A DNA stretch of 64,000 nt from Candidatus Enterousia sp. (GCA_045654485.1 JAZONN010000016.1:71484-135483), one strand, 5' to 3'. Positions 1 through 9,818 are shown, counted from the first letter of the stretch. The notes: generated by a model from the letters alone, not told the origin. Numbers and translations are program-made.

Positions 1-2190
1 ATCGATAACTGCTTTAACGATATCAACTTCCTTCTTTGAACCGACCAAAGGTACTTCGATTTCTGGGAATACGCGTACGCCTGCTTTCTTAACTTCCAAT
101 GCAGCGGACAAGATAGCGCGTGTTTGCATTTCGCAGATTTCTGGATATGTAATGGCCAAACGGCAACCACGATGTCCCAACATTGGGTTTTGTTCGTGTA
201 ATGCTTCGGCACGTTGTTTGATGAATTCAACGGACTTGCCAATATGTTTTGCCAGTTCTTCGATTTCTGCATCTGTATGTGGCAAGAATTCATGTAATGG
301 TGGGTCGATTAAACGGATTGTAACCGGCAGACCATCCATAATTTTGAACAATTCCACAAAGTCGGCTTTCTGATATGGCAATAATTTTGCCAATGCTGCA
401 CGGCGACCTGCTTCATCTTCGGCCAAAATCATTTCACGCATATCTTGGATACGTGATGGGTCAAAGAACATATGTTCTGTACGTGCCAAACCGATACCTT
501 CTGCACCAAAGTCACGTGCTTGTTTTGCGTCTTTTGGTGTTTCTGCGTTTGCTTTAACGGTCAAAGTTTTGATTTCATCAACCCATTTCATCAATGTACC
601 AAAGTTACCTGTCAATTCAACAGAAACGGTTGGGATTTGGCCTTCGATAATTTGACCTTTTGCACCATCAATAGAAACCCAATCGCCTTCACGGATGACT
701 GTGCCGTCTGTTGTTTTCATTGTTTTTGATTCGTAATCGATTTTGATATCAGGTGAACCGGAAACGCATGGTGTTCCCATACCACGTGCAACCACGGCGG
801 CGTGTGATGTCATACCACCACGTGCGGTAATAACGCCTTGTGCTGCGTTCATACCTGCGATATCTTCTGGGGATGTTTCGATACGAATCAACATAACTTT
901 TTTGCCTTCTGCGGCCCATTTTTCTGCATCTTCTGCATTAAATACGGCTTGACCAACGGCGGCACCTGGGGATGCAGGCAAACCTGTTGCGATAACTTTC
1001 TTTTCCGCTTTTGGATCCAACATTGGGTGCAACAAGTGATCTAATTGGTCTGCACCAACGCGCAAGATGGCTTCTTCTTTGGTCAACAGACCTTCTTCAA
1101 CCATTTCGACGGCCATACGAACAGCTGCAGCTGCGGTACGTTTACCGTTACGGCATTGCAGCATCCACAATTTGCCATGTTCGATTGTGAATTCCATATC
1201 CTGCATATCTTTATAGTGCTTTTCCAATTTTTCACGAACGTCGCACAATTCTGCATATACTTCTGGCATTGCTTCTTCCAAAGACAAGCGGCCGGAATCG
1301 TCTTTTGCCATTGGCTGTGGTGTACGGATACCTGCCACAACGTCTTCACCTTGTGCGTTAATCAGATATTCACCATAGTATTTATTTTCACCTGTTGCTG
1401 GGTCACGGCTAAAGCATACACCTGTTGCGGAATCGTCACCGGAATTACCAAACACCATTGCTTGTACGTTAACGGCGGTACCCCAATCGGCAGAAATGTT
1501 GTTCAATTTACGATATGTGATTGCCTTTTTGCTCATCCAAGAACGGAATACGGCTGCGATACCCATTTCCAACTGTGCCCAAGGATCCTGTGGGAAAACT
1601 TTACCGATTTTAACACCGATTTCTTTGAACTTTTCAACCAAGTCCTTCAAATCATCGGCTGTCAATTCTGTATCCAGTTTATAGCCCTTTTCTTCCTTCA
1701 TGCGTTCCAATGTGTGTTCAAACAGGTCGATATCTGCACCCATAACAACTTCACTGAACATCATGATAAAGCGACGATATGAATCATATGCAAAACGTTC
1801 GTTACCGGAAATTTTTGCCAATGCTTTTACTGTGTCGTCGTTCAAACCCAAATTCAAAACGGTGTCCATCATACCTGGCATGGAAACGCGTGCGCCCGAA
1901 CGAACGGAAACCAACAATGGATTTTCCAAGTCAGCAAACTTTTTACCCATAATGGCTTCAACGTGTGCGATACCGGCACGTACTTGGTCCATTAAATCGG
2001 ATGGATATGTTTGATTGTTTTGATAGTAATATGTACAAACATCTGTTGTAACTGTGAACCCCGCTGGTACTGGTAAACCAACCAAGTTCATTTCGGCCAA
2101 GTTTGCACCTTTTCCGCCCAACAGATTTTTCATATCTGCCTGACCTTCGGCTTGGCCATTACCGAAAGTATATACCCATTTATTACTCAT
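1..2190 (-). CDS. ppdK: Pyruvate, phosphate dikinase (5' part; runs off the left edge of the window)
   Basis: Manual translation from ATG at 2190 gives MSNKWVYTFGNGQAEGQADMKNLLGGKGANLAEM, followed by LLVSVRSGARVSMPGMMDTVLNLG and AVNVQAMVFGN, all PPDK signatures. An AGGAG RBS lies upstream. Absent from the ORF track because there is no stop in the window. Confidence 0.97.
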   Translation of the reverse strand, partial: MSNKWVYTFGNGQAEGQADMKNLLGGKGANLAEMNLVGLPVPAGFTVTTDVCTYYYQNNQTYPSDLMDQVRAGIAHVEAIMGKKFADLENPLLVSVRSGARVSMPGMMDTVLNLGLNDDTVKALAKISGNERFAYDSYRRFIMMFSEVVMGADIDLFEHTLERMKEEKGYKLDTELTADDLKDLVEKFKEIGVKIGKVFPQDPWAQLEMGIAAVFRSWMSKKAITYRKLNNISADWGTAVNVQAMVFGNSGDDSATGVCFSRDPATGENKYYGEYLINAQGEDVVAGIRTPQPMAKDDSGRLSLEEAMPEVYAELCDVREKLEKHYKDMQDMEFTIEHGKLWMLQCRNGKRTAAAAVRMAVEMVEEGLLTKEEAILRVGADQLDHLLHPMLDPKAEKKVIATGLPASPGAAVGQAVFNAEDAEKWAAEGKKVMLIRIETSPEDIAGMNAAQGVITARGGMTSHAAVVARGMGTPCVSGSPDIKIDYESKTMKTTDGTVIREGDWVSIDGAKGQIIEGQIPTVSVELTGNFGTLMKWVDEIKTLTVKANAETPKDAKQARDFGAEGIGLARTEHMFFDPSRIQDMREMILAEDEAGRRAALAKLLPYQKADFVELFKIMDGLPVTIRLIDPPLHEFLPHTDAEIEELAKHIGKSVEFIKQRAEALHEQNPMLGHRGCRLAITYPEICEMQTRAILSAALEVKKAGVRVFPEIEVPLVGSKKEVDIVKAVID

Positions 2191-2251
2191 GGCTTCTCCT
2201 TTGAATTAAAAATGCCACAAGATTATGGGGTATGAAATCCCACTTCGCAAG

Positions 2252-2281
2252 AAAAAAATCGGCACGAATGCCGATTTTTTT
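2252..2281. terminator. Symmetric intrinsic terminator
   Basis: AAAAAAATCGGCA-cgaa-TGCCGATTTTTTT at the 3' end of the 529-aa ORF. Confidence 0.85.
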
Positions 2282-3869
2282 ATCCATTTTCATTTTTATT
2301 TGATTTCAGAAACCCAAATAAACCAGAAAAGCGTTTTTTTTCTTTTTCTGTGGTTTGTTGATTAATCAGTTCTTCGGATTTTCTATATTGAAGTGCGTTG
2401 TTGTTTTTCTTGCTCTTATCGCCAAGGAACATCTTAATATCCCTTAAATCCATCGGGAATATGCCTTCATTTTCTGGTGAAAAAACATCTTGGTTTATTT
2501 TGTTTGTATCAATTTCCGGCATATTTATCATGTATGCGACATCACCTGTGCCACCCAAATACTCACGTCCCGCACTGCGCAGTACATCAACAGAATCACG
2601 TATGTCGCCAATTTTGCCATCCAAAGCATCTGCTATCTCTTTTAATTCTGGTGATTTATAGTGCGATAAAATATCTTCTAAACTTCCTTTGCGGAACCAT
2701 CCTTTTTCGGTAATTCCACCAAAGAATTCCCATTTACCTGTTGGGACATCTGTTTTTCCGGCTGTGCCACTAGAGATATAGAAAGGTAATTTTTTACCGC
2801 CAACATCAACCAAAATAATCGCACGCCCTTCTTTAGAACCAATGTCGTCCATAGATTCAATGATTGCCGGTGTATTACCTATATGTGTCAAAGGTGTCTT
2901 TTGTGCGATAAATTTGTTCAAATACTCTATATCTTCGGCGCTGTTTTTGTGATGCAACAGTATGCCATTTTCGTATGTTGCGTCCAACAATGACAGTGCA
3001 TCAGATTTTTTTATTGAAATCACGATATAGTCCTGATTTGCTGAACCGGTTTTGCCCAATGCAATGGCATAGTGTTTTCCGGCGGCATTAATTTTTTCTG
3101 CGATTGACATTGCGCTTGCTTTGCCTAAACCGGACGATTTACGCAGTTCATAATTATCGGACAGTTTGTCTGTGTCATATATATAAACGGGTGCGGTACC
3201 ACCTTTGATATTATGTTTGGTGTATTCGCCAAGTATTGCATCAAGAACCATATTTGCAGGGTCAAACAATAAAAAGCGACCTTTGGTCGATCGTATGGCA
3301 CGTACGCCATCAATGCCGCTTTTTTCTAAAGTGTTAATTAATTGTTGTGCCTGCTGTGATGACATATTGCCAAGTGGCATACGATAGTGTTCGAATCCCA
3401 AAGCAGACGTTTCCGGTGTTTTGTGTTCCCAATCGATTCCTGTTATTGATTTTAACTGCGGGCCAAAATCTTTGGTTGGGATTGGTTCTTCAACAAGTTC
3501 TACAATAACTTCGTCTTCTTCGGCTGGGAGAACTTCTAACACCTCAACTTCGTCGGATTCTATTTCTGCAACATCTGTTTGATTTTCTCTTACTTCATAA
3601 ATTGGTTCTAAAGTACCATCTTGGTTTTGTATATAATCGACAACGGGCGTTTCGGCAATCATATGTTCAAATTTCATAACTTGTTTGCCGTTTATAAAAT
3701 TGGGTACCAAAACGACGCCTTTTTCGGCCAAATTGCTATTTAATTCCTTCCAATCTTGCACGCTTAAACGTGTAACGGGTAACCCGACACTTGGGTCGCC
3801 GTCCAAGAAGGATTTTAAGTATCTTTCAAAATTTGCGCTGGCACGCAATTTTAAATTACTATCCATCAT
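2280..3869 (-). CDS. Hypothetical protein, 529 aa, with acidic linker and no signal peptide
   Basis: Long open frame; acidic stretch EIESDEVEVLEVLPAEEDEV; C-terminal region with LPFYISSGTAGK..GKWEFFGG; no family recognised. Confidence 0.8.
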   Translation of the reverse strand: MMDSNLKLRASANFERYLKSFLDGDPSVGLPVTRLSVQDWKELNSNLAEKGVVLVPNFINGKQVMKFEHMIAETPVVDYIQNQDGTLEPIYEVRENQTDVAEIESDEVEVLEVLPAEEDEVIVELVEEPIPTKDFGPQLKSITGIDWEHKTPETSALGFEHYRMPLGNMSSQQAQQLINTLEKSGIDGVRAIRSTKGRFLLFDPANMVLDAILGEYTKHNIKGGTAPVYIYDTDKLSDNYELRKSSGLGKASAMSIAEKINAAGKHYAIALGKTGSANQDYIVISIKKSDALSLLDATYENGILLHHKNSAEDIEYLNKFIAQKTPLTHIGNTPAIIESMDDIGSKEGRAIILVDVGGKKLPFYISSGTAGKTDVPTGKWEFFGGITEKGWFRKGSLEDILSHYKSPELKEIADALDGKIGDIRDSVDVLRSAGREYLGGTGDVAYMINMPEIDTNKINQDVFSPENEGIFPMDLRDIKMFLGDKSKKNNNALQYRKSEELINQQTTEKEKKRFSGLFGFLKSNKNENG

Positions 3870-3909
3870 GTAAACTCTTTTTTATATGTTGTATATCAAC
3901 TTAATTATA

Positions 3910-4803
3910 CTACATTTTACATGCGCAAGCCACAGAAAACAATTTTGACAAATCTGAATCCGAACGGGAATTGATAATAATAGGCGCGGTTGCACCCAAA
4001 ATCACCCCACCGAATACCCAATCACCAAATTGTACCATTGCCTTTAAGGTATTGTTTCCTGCTTCGATGTTGTGGAACAATAGTATGTCCGCGTTTCCTT
4101 GGACTGGGCCTGTTATACCTTTTATGGCGGCCGCATTTGGCGATACGGCAATATCGAATGCCAAAGGTCCCGATATAATGCAATCTGTAATTTCGCCACG
4201 GCTATTCATTTGTGCCAAAGCGTCGGCATCAATCGTTGCGGGCATTGCCGGATTAAGTGTTTCAACCGCACATAGTGGCGCAACACGTGGTGTTTCAATG
4301 CCGATTGATTTGGCGAATTTGACTGCATTTTTGATTAATTGAACTTTTTTATCTAAATCCGGATACATAACCATTGCGATATCCGTTAAGATTAAACGAC
4401 GATTCAAACTTGGTGAATACATTAATGCAACATGTGATAAAATGCCATCGCCACGTATACCTGTTTCTTTGTTTAATACGGCACGCAAAATATCAGCGGT
4501 GTGTACAAGACCTTTCATTAAAATATCGGCACGTTTGTTTCGTACCAATTCCACGGCAATGTGCGATGCGGTAATGTCATCGGCACAATCGATGATTTCG
4601 AATGCATCTATGTTTAGGTTGTTTTCATCTGCAATACGTTTTATTTCTTGCGCTGGTCCACATAGTATTGCGGTTGCAAATCCCATTTCAAATGCACGTA
4701 CGATTGACTTTAATGCGTGTTTGTCTGTTGCCATGGCCAATGCGATGGTTCGTGGTGTGTCTGGACGCATTTGTTTCAATATTTTTTCCAGGTTTTCGTT
4801 CAT
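3910..4803 (-). CDS. ptb: Phosphate butyryl/acetyltransferase (PTA_PTB family)
   Basis: ADILMKGLVHTADILRAVL, LSHV, GPLAFDIAVS, GNADILL..NIEAGN, SRSDS motifs. Confidence 0.9.
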   Translation of the reverse strand: MNENLEKILKQMRPDTPRTIALAMATDKHALKSIVRAFEMGFATAILCGPAQEIKRIADENNLNIDAFEIIDCADDITASHIAVELVRNKRADILMKGLVHTADILRAVLNKETGIRGDGILSHVALMYSPSLNRRLILTDIAMVMYPDLDKKVQLIKNAVKFAKSIGIETPRVAPLCAVETLNPAMPATIDADALAQMNSRGEITDCIISGPLAFDIAVSPNAAAIKGITGPVQGNADILLFHNIEAGNNTLKAMVQFGDWVFGGVILGATAPIIINSRSDSDLSKLFSVACACKM

Positions 4804-4826
4804 TTTATCTGTTTCCTTTATCGACT

Positions 4827-4849
4827 AAAAACGCCCATCTGGGCGTTTT
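4827..4849. terminator. Intrinsic terminator between virD4 and ptb
   Basis: AAAAACGCCC-atct-GGGCGTTTT. Confidence 0.8.
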
Positions 4850-4854
4850 GTTTT

Positions 4855-7104
4855 TTATGCCAAATCCTTAATTATTTTGGTTTGTGGGTCATACACACGT
4901 GGTTTACCCATATACCCCAAAGCCCTGTGATGTGCCGCGACCAAAAATTCTGGTAATGGTGAACATTCGCCCATATCAACCTTGGCGGCCAATTTCTTTT
5001 GAACATCATTTTTGCCCAAGAAATATCTTTCCTGGTCGGCCTCAATTGGCCTGTTATAGTGTCCCTGAATTATAACTAACTGCTTTCCTTCTGGTAACTT
5101 CATAATATCCATTGGGGTATAGAGCAACTCTTCAGATGTTTCTTCTTTGTCTTTGCCATCTGGTCCCTTTACGGTTTTTTTAGTCATTTTATTGCCCATC
5201 ATTTTCGAGAAACGATCCGCCGTATCTGGATCGTTTTGTCGCATCACGATTTTGGCGGCGGTTGTTGAAATAATGGTTGCTTCGGCATCAGAACCATATT
5301 TTTCCGCAATCTGGTGCAAATCCTGACCGATAATTAGGTATGAAATCTTTTGGCCACGTCCTAAATCGGGACCTTGGATAACGGCCTGTAATTTTTGCAT
5401 TTTTGGCATTTCGTCCAATACGAACAGTACCGGATAAGGCCCCAAAGTTTCTGCACCTCGCTTTGCCCCCGGTGCATTCGCCAGCAAGAAGTTAGACATT
5501 AACTCCAAGAAAATTGCAGTAATCGGATTCAATGCTTGTGCGTCAACCATATTAATGGACAGATACACCGATACTGGTTTCATTTTTCCATCACGTGGAT
5601 CAATCATACCACGTAAATCTGAGAAGTGGAAATCCGAATGGCTGGTGCGATTGCGTACGGCGGCATTGCGGAATATGTTTAATCCCGACAGGGCGGTTGA
5701 CATAATAGACCCACGTTCTTTGTCTGGTGTGCTTGCCAATTGGGTTAATTCTGTCACCGCACGATGTGAATATGAATAACGTAGTGCTTCATCCACGGCG
5801 GCCATAAACATATCTTTTTGTGGATCTGCCATCATAACCATTTGGTCGCCTTGCTTGCGGCGATTTTCAATTTCTTCGCCAATTGCAATTTGCGATGCGT
5901 TCAACCAATCTAAAATCATGGATAGTGATGCTTCTTTTCCACGCCAAGAATCTGGTATTTTTTCCCAAGTGCCAACATGCACATAGTTCATTGCGTTTAA
6001 TTCGCCACGTTGCAGCATTGCGTGTGCCGCATATGCATTTGGATCATTTGTCATGGAAAGGTAATAATCGCCTAATACGGCGGCGTCTTCGGCATTAAAT
6101 GTGCCATTGACCATGCGTGTATAGAAGTAGTCGTCGGCTTTGGCACGTTCGACTTTGGAAATTATATACTGAATAAATCCGGTCAATGCCGCACGACCTG
6201 TTATTGTCCAGTGTGGGTCGGCCGAAGATCCCGAACGGTCGGGGATTAATGTGTTTGCGATGGAATCGATATACAAATCACGTTCTTCGGCATTAAATGG
6301 TACGTGTCCTGGTGACAATGGGTTCCATGATGGATAATAAATTCCACGTGCTGGATCGTCTTGTCCGGCCCAATTCATAATGAATACCGGCCCAATTGTT
6401 GAACGATATGCGCTTGTTTTTTGCTTCAATTCTGGTTTTGGGTCGTTGATAATCATTGAAACTTTATCACATTCCAAGATTGTTGGTATAACAACACCTG
6501 CGGTTTTACCGGTTCCGGGGGGGGCAACGCACAATGTGGATAACGGTTCGTCAAACATCAATGGCTTACCCTTGAAATAGCCCAATACCATCATAAACCC
6601 TTTGAATAGTCCGTCTTTATTCTTAAAGTCCTGGGCCATCTTTTTTATATCGTCGGCGGATGCCTTTTGTGACGATTTTTTGTCAAATTTATCTTTGCTA
6701 TGTGGGTTGAATTCATCGGTCATTGTTGCGTCAACCAAGAAAAAGTATCCGATAAATGGCAACAATGGTGTTATACATGGGTAATCCGGCCGTAATATGC
6801 AACGCATAAACCAAGACGGAATTTCCGCCAACACGGATAAACCGCCAGATGTCAAAGCGTGATTAAAAAATATATCTAACCATTGGCGTGTTGCTGGCGA
6901 CCATCCATAACGCCAAATTTGTTCAATTGGGAATGCGCACGCAAACATAATTGCGGTCACCCACCATATTAAAATAGACCATCGGATTGACCAGAACTCT
7001 CGGGCCATAGGGGTACGTTCGTGTTCGTCATACGCCGATGATCGGAATATTTTTAACCCCTTGCCTTTGCCGGATGCTGATAAAATGTTGAATTTAATTG
7101 CCAT
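4855..7104 (-). CDS. virD4: Type IV secretion coupling protein, VirD4/TraG family
   Basis: Two N-terminal TM segments, Walker A APPGTGKT, INDPKPEL, Walker B LFVLDEMPKM, IIGQDLHQI..YG, DTADRFSKMMG. Confidence 0.92.
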   Translation of the reverse strand: MAIKFNILSASGKGKGLKIFRSSAYDEHERTPMAREFWSIRWSILIWWVTAIMFACAFPIEQIWRYGWSPATRQWLDIFFNHALTSGGLSVLAEIPSWFMRCILRPDYPCITPLLPFIGYFFLVDATMTDEFNPHSKDKFDKKSSQKASADDIKKMAQDFKNKDGLFKGFMMVLGYFKGKPLMFDEPLSTLCVAPPGTGKTAGVVIPTILECDKVSMIINDPKPELKQKTSAYRSTIGPVFIMNWAGQDDPARGIYYPSWNPLSPGHVPFNAEERDLYIDSIANTLIPDRSGSSADPHWTITGRAALTGFIQYIISKVERAKADDYFYTRMVNGTFNAEDAAVLGDYYLSMTNDPNAYAAHAMLQRGELNAMNYVHVGTWEKIPDSWRGKEASLSMILDWLNASQIAIGEEIENRRKQGDQMVMMADPQKDMFMAAVDEALRYSYSHRAVTELTQLASTPDKERGSIMSTALSGLNIFRNAAVRNRTSHSDFHFSDLRGMIDPRDGKMKPVSVYLSINMVDAQALNPITAIFLELMSNFLLANAPGAKRGAETLGPYPVLFVLDEMPKMQKLQAVIQGPDLGRGQKISYLIIGQDLHQIAEKYGSDAEATIISTTAAKIVMRQNDPDTADRFSKMMGNKMTKKTVKGPDGKDKEETSEELLYTPMDIMKLPEGKQLVIIQGHYNRPIEADQERYFLGKNDVQKKLAAKVDMGECSPLPEFLVAAHHRALGYMGKPRVYDPQTKIIKDLA

Positions 7105-7159
7105 GGTGTTAAGATTATATCAGAAAAAAAGTAATTTATAAATCAGGAAATGTAAAAAA

Positions 7160-7816
7160 ATGAAAAATGTACCAAGAATTTTTATCGGAAATGATATTGC
7201 CGTCGGTGCATCTATTCCTGTGGCACGTGATGTGTCGCATTATTTGACACGTGTTATGCGTCGCCGTGATTGTTTGGTTTTTGGGGATGGTAATGAATAT
7301 AATGCCATATTGTCCGAAGATGGTAAATTATTATTGGTTGGTGACAAAACCCCGCATTTAGACCCTTCGAATGATATTACATTAATGTTTGCGCCGATTA
7401 AACGTACGGATGATTTATTGAATATGGCGACTCAAATGGGGGTGGGGCGATTTTTGCCGGTTATAACCGAACGTACAAATGCCAATCATATAAACTGGGA
7501 ACGTATGAATAAGATTGTGGTCGAAGCGTCTGAACAATCAAACCGCAATTCTGTACCAACAATTTTACCACCGTGTCGTTTTTCTGAACTGGATTTGTCG
7601 GGACTGGTTTTTGCGGACGAGCGTGCGGCATATGGGGCCACGACCGCAAGTGTTTCTGGTGGTGTAAAATCTATCTTGATTGGACCCGAAGGTGGTTTTT
7701 CTGATTCTGAATTTGCTTCATTGGATTCTGCCGGCGCCTGTGGTGTATCGCTTGGTAAAACGATATTGCGTGCCGAAGTGGCGGCTGTTGTCGCAATTGC
7801 GGGGGTGTTAAAGTAA
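7160..7816 (+). CDS. rsmE: 16S rRNA m3U1498 methyltransferase
   Basis: HYLTRVMR, EASEQSNR, IGPEGGFS, LGKTILRAEVAA SPOUT motifs. Confidence 0.95.
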   Translation: MKNVPRIFIGNDIAVGASIPVARDVSHYLTRVMRRRDCLVFGDGNEYNAILSEDGKLLLVGDKTPHLDPSNDITLMFAPIKRTDDLLNMATQMGVGRFLPVITERTNANHINWERMNKIVVEASEQSNRNSVPTILPPCRFSELDLSGLVFADERAAYGATTASVSGGVKSILIGPEGGFSDSEFASLDSAGACGVSLGKTILRAEVAAVVAIAGVLK

Positions 7817-7817
7817 A

Positions 7818-8516
7818 ATGACCACACGTATTGCAAAGTTTATATCTGAATCTGGATATGCGTCACGACGTGCGGCCGAAGAATTAATCGTATCTGGTCG
7901 TGTGGCGGTAAATGGTGTTTGTGTTGAAACGCCTGTGTTCTTTGTGTCGGATTCGGATGTTGTTACGGTTGATGGGGTGGTTGTTGGCAGTCGTGTGCAA
8001 ACCGAGCTTTATGCCTTTCATAAACCTATAAATACAATGACGACATTGCGTGATCCAAATGGCCGGAAAACAATATATGATTGCTTGCCGGATGAATATA
8101 AAAAATTGAAATATGTTGGGCGATTGGATTACAAGACAACGGGGTTACTGTTGTTAACAAATGATGGTGAATTGGCACGTCGCTTAACATTGCCGTCATC
8201 AAATATTCCACGTACATATATTGCAACTGTTAATAATCTTGATGAATCTGGTTTGGAACGTGCACGACGTGGCATGACGGTTGATGGTATACATTATTCT
8301 CCTATGAAGATAGATGTTTTATCGAACAATGAATTGCGTGTCGTAATTACCGAAGGCAAGAAGAATGAAGTTCGAATTGTTTTGCGTGCGTGTGGTTGTC
8401 CGGTTCGCAAATTGCATCGTATTTCATATGGGAATATTTTTTTAGAAAAACTACCCGTTGGAAAAATTAAAAAAATTTCACAGAAAACAATTGACGTGAT
8501 GCTAAAATCTTTCTAA
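7818..8516 (+). CDS. rluB: rRNA pseudouridine synthase, RsuA/RluB family
   Basis: S4 domain (RIAKFI..SRRAAEELI..GRV), catalytic VGRLDYKTTGLLLLTNDG, EGKKNEVR. Confidence 0.9.
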   Translation: MTTRIAKFISESGYASRRAAEELIVSGRVAVNGVCVETPVFFVSDSDVVTVDGVVVGSRVQTELYAFHKPINTMTTLRDPNGRKTIYDCLPDEYKKLKYVGRLDYKTTGLLLLTNDGELARRLTLPSSNIPRTYIATVNNLDESGLERARRGMTVDGIHYSPMKIDVLSNNELRVVITEGKKNEVRIVLRACGCPVRKLHRISYGNIFLEKLPVGKIKKISQKTIDVMLKSF

Positions 8517-8519
8517 TAT
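8491..8519 (+). promoter_or_regulatory. Putative sigma70 promoter for the TPR gene
   Basis: TTGACG-17 nt-TAATAT. Confidence 0.5.
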
Positions 8520-8544
8520 TCTGTTAAAAGGAAGGGAGATTTTT

Positions 8545-9627
8545 ATGAAAAAAATATCTGCGAAAAAAAATACAGTTAACAAAAAAAGCCCTGTTGTGCG
8601 TGCTGTTGCGCCGGCTGTGGAAAAGAAAGAAACAAAATTAAAACCATGTATCCATACTTGGTCTGTTTCGATTTATATTTATTGGTTTATAGTTTTGTTC
8701 TTCTTTGGTGCGTCTTTTTATATCTTGGGTCGTGCGCATAATACCAATTCGATGAAAGCGTCTGTTGCTGTTACAGAAGAGGCCTTGCTACAATCTGCAG
8801 AATATTATAACAATGCTAAACAGAGTTTGATGGATGGTAATGTTGATGCTGCATTGGTTGATTTGGCTGCTGCGATTGATGGTGGCGCCGCATCGGTTGA
8901 TGCCTACATCTTGCGTGCCGAAGCGTATATGCAAAATGGTGATTATGCAAATGCTTTGACTGATTTGGATGTTGCTTTGTCCAAAGATCCAACAAGTGCC
9001 GTTGCATACTATGATCGTTATTTGTTGAATTTGCGTTTGGAAAATTACGAAGCGGCAATGGCGGATATTAACAATGCAATGGCTGCAAATACAACAAGCC
9101 CAAGTGCGATTTTGCAAATGCGTGATTTGTATGCTCGTCGTGGTCAGTTGAATTTGTGGTTAAAAAATTGGGAAGGTGCGGTTGCGGACTATACAAATTC
9201 CTTGTCTCGTCCAGAGGGTACGGTTGATCCAGGTGTTTATGCCGAACGTGCTGAAGCGTACACGGCGTTGGGTGAATTTCGTAAAGCAATCACAGATTAT
9301 TCATCTGCGGTTCGTGTAATTTCTGAACAAATTCAAGGTGCGACCACATTGGAAGAACGTGAACGTTTGTCATCACGTGCGATGTCTTACTTTGAAAAAT
9401 CTGCTGCTTTGAATTTGAGTTTGAGTGACATCGAAGCGACTCGTTTAGATTTAGAATCTGCATACACGATTGCGGTTGCGTTAAATGATGCCGACAGTAT
9501 TGCACGTCTGCAACGTTTGATGAATGAATTAACAGATGTTGCGAATGTTTCTGCTGATGTTCCTGTGGCTGAAACAGATGTGCCTGAAACGCCGGTATCG
9601 GCAACATCTGAAACCGTGACAGAATAA
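8545..9627 (+). CDS. Membrane-anchored tetratricopeptide-repeat protein
   Basis: Lys-rich N-terminus, one TM helix, several TPR-like units (AYILRAEAYMQNGDYANALTDLDVAL; VYAERAEAYTALGEFRKAITDYSSA). Confidence 0.85.
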   Translation: MKKISAKKNTVNKKSPVVRAVAPAVEKKETKLKPCIHTWSVSIYIYWFIVLFFFGASFYILGRAHNTNSMKASVAVTEEALLQSAEYYNNAKQSLMDGNVDAALVDLAAAIDGGAASVDAYILRAEAYMQNGDYANALTDLDVALSKDPTSAVAYYDRYLLNLRLENYEAAMADINNAMAANTTSPSAILQMRDLYARRGQLNLWLKNWEGAVADYTNSLSRPEGTVDPGVYAERAEAYTALGEFRKAITDYSSAVRVISEQIQGATTLEERERLSSRAMSYFEKSAALNLSLSDIEATRLDLESAYTIAVALNDADSIARLQRLMNELTDVANVSADVPVAETDVPETPVSATSETVTE

Positions 9628-9631
9628 ACAT

Positions 9632-9655
9632 AATCGCCCGTTTGGGCGATTTTTT
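9632..9655 (+). terminator. Intrinsic terminator
   Basis: AATCGCCC-gttt-GGGCGATTTTTT. Confidence 0.85.
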
Positions 9656-9681
9656 ATTGCCTTGAATCTTATTGATTTTAT

Positions 9682-9709
9682 TTGCAATGACGTAAATATG
9701 GTTTATAAT
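9682..9709 (+). promoter_or_regulatory. Putative sigma70 promoter of pnp
   Basis: TTGCAA-16 nt-TATAAT. Confidence 0.6.
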
Positions 9710-9718
9710 CACCCAAGT

Positions 9719-9786
9719 GCGAAGATGAAATTGTTCTTTTGTGCATCTAGAAGACAAGGGTGCAGAAACGAATGATTTTTCTTCGT
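9719..9786 (+). promoter_or_regulatory. Long imperfect hairpin in the pnp 5' leader (candidate RNase III autoregulation site)
   Basis: GCGAAGATGAAATTGTTCTTTTGTGCATC pairs, with G-U pairs and small bulges, with GGTGCAGAAACGAATGATTTTTCTTCGT. Confidence 0.65.
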
Positions 9787-9818
9787 AAAACAAAAAACTG
9801 AATAAAATGGAGAAGAAA

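Noticed and set aside
152-2014. Cluster of + strand ORFs (up to 245 aa) in the ORF track
   Set aside because: Antisense shadows of ppdK, which the track missed because it runs off the window edge
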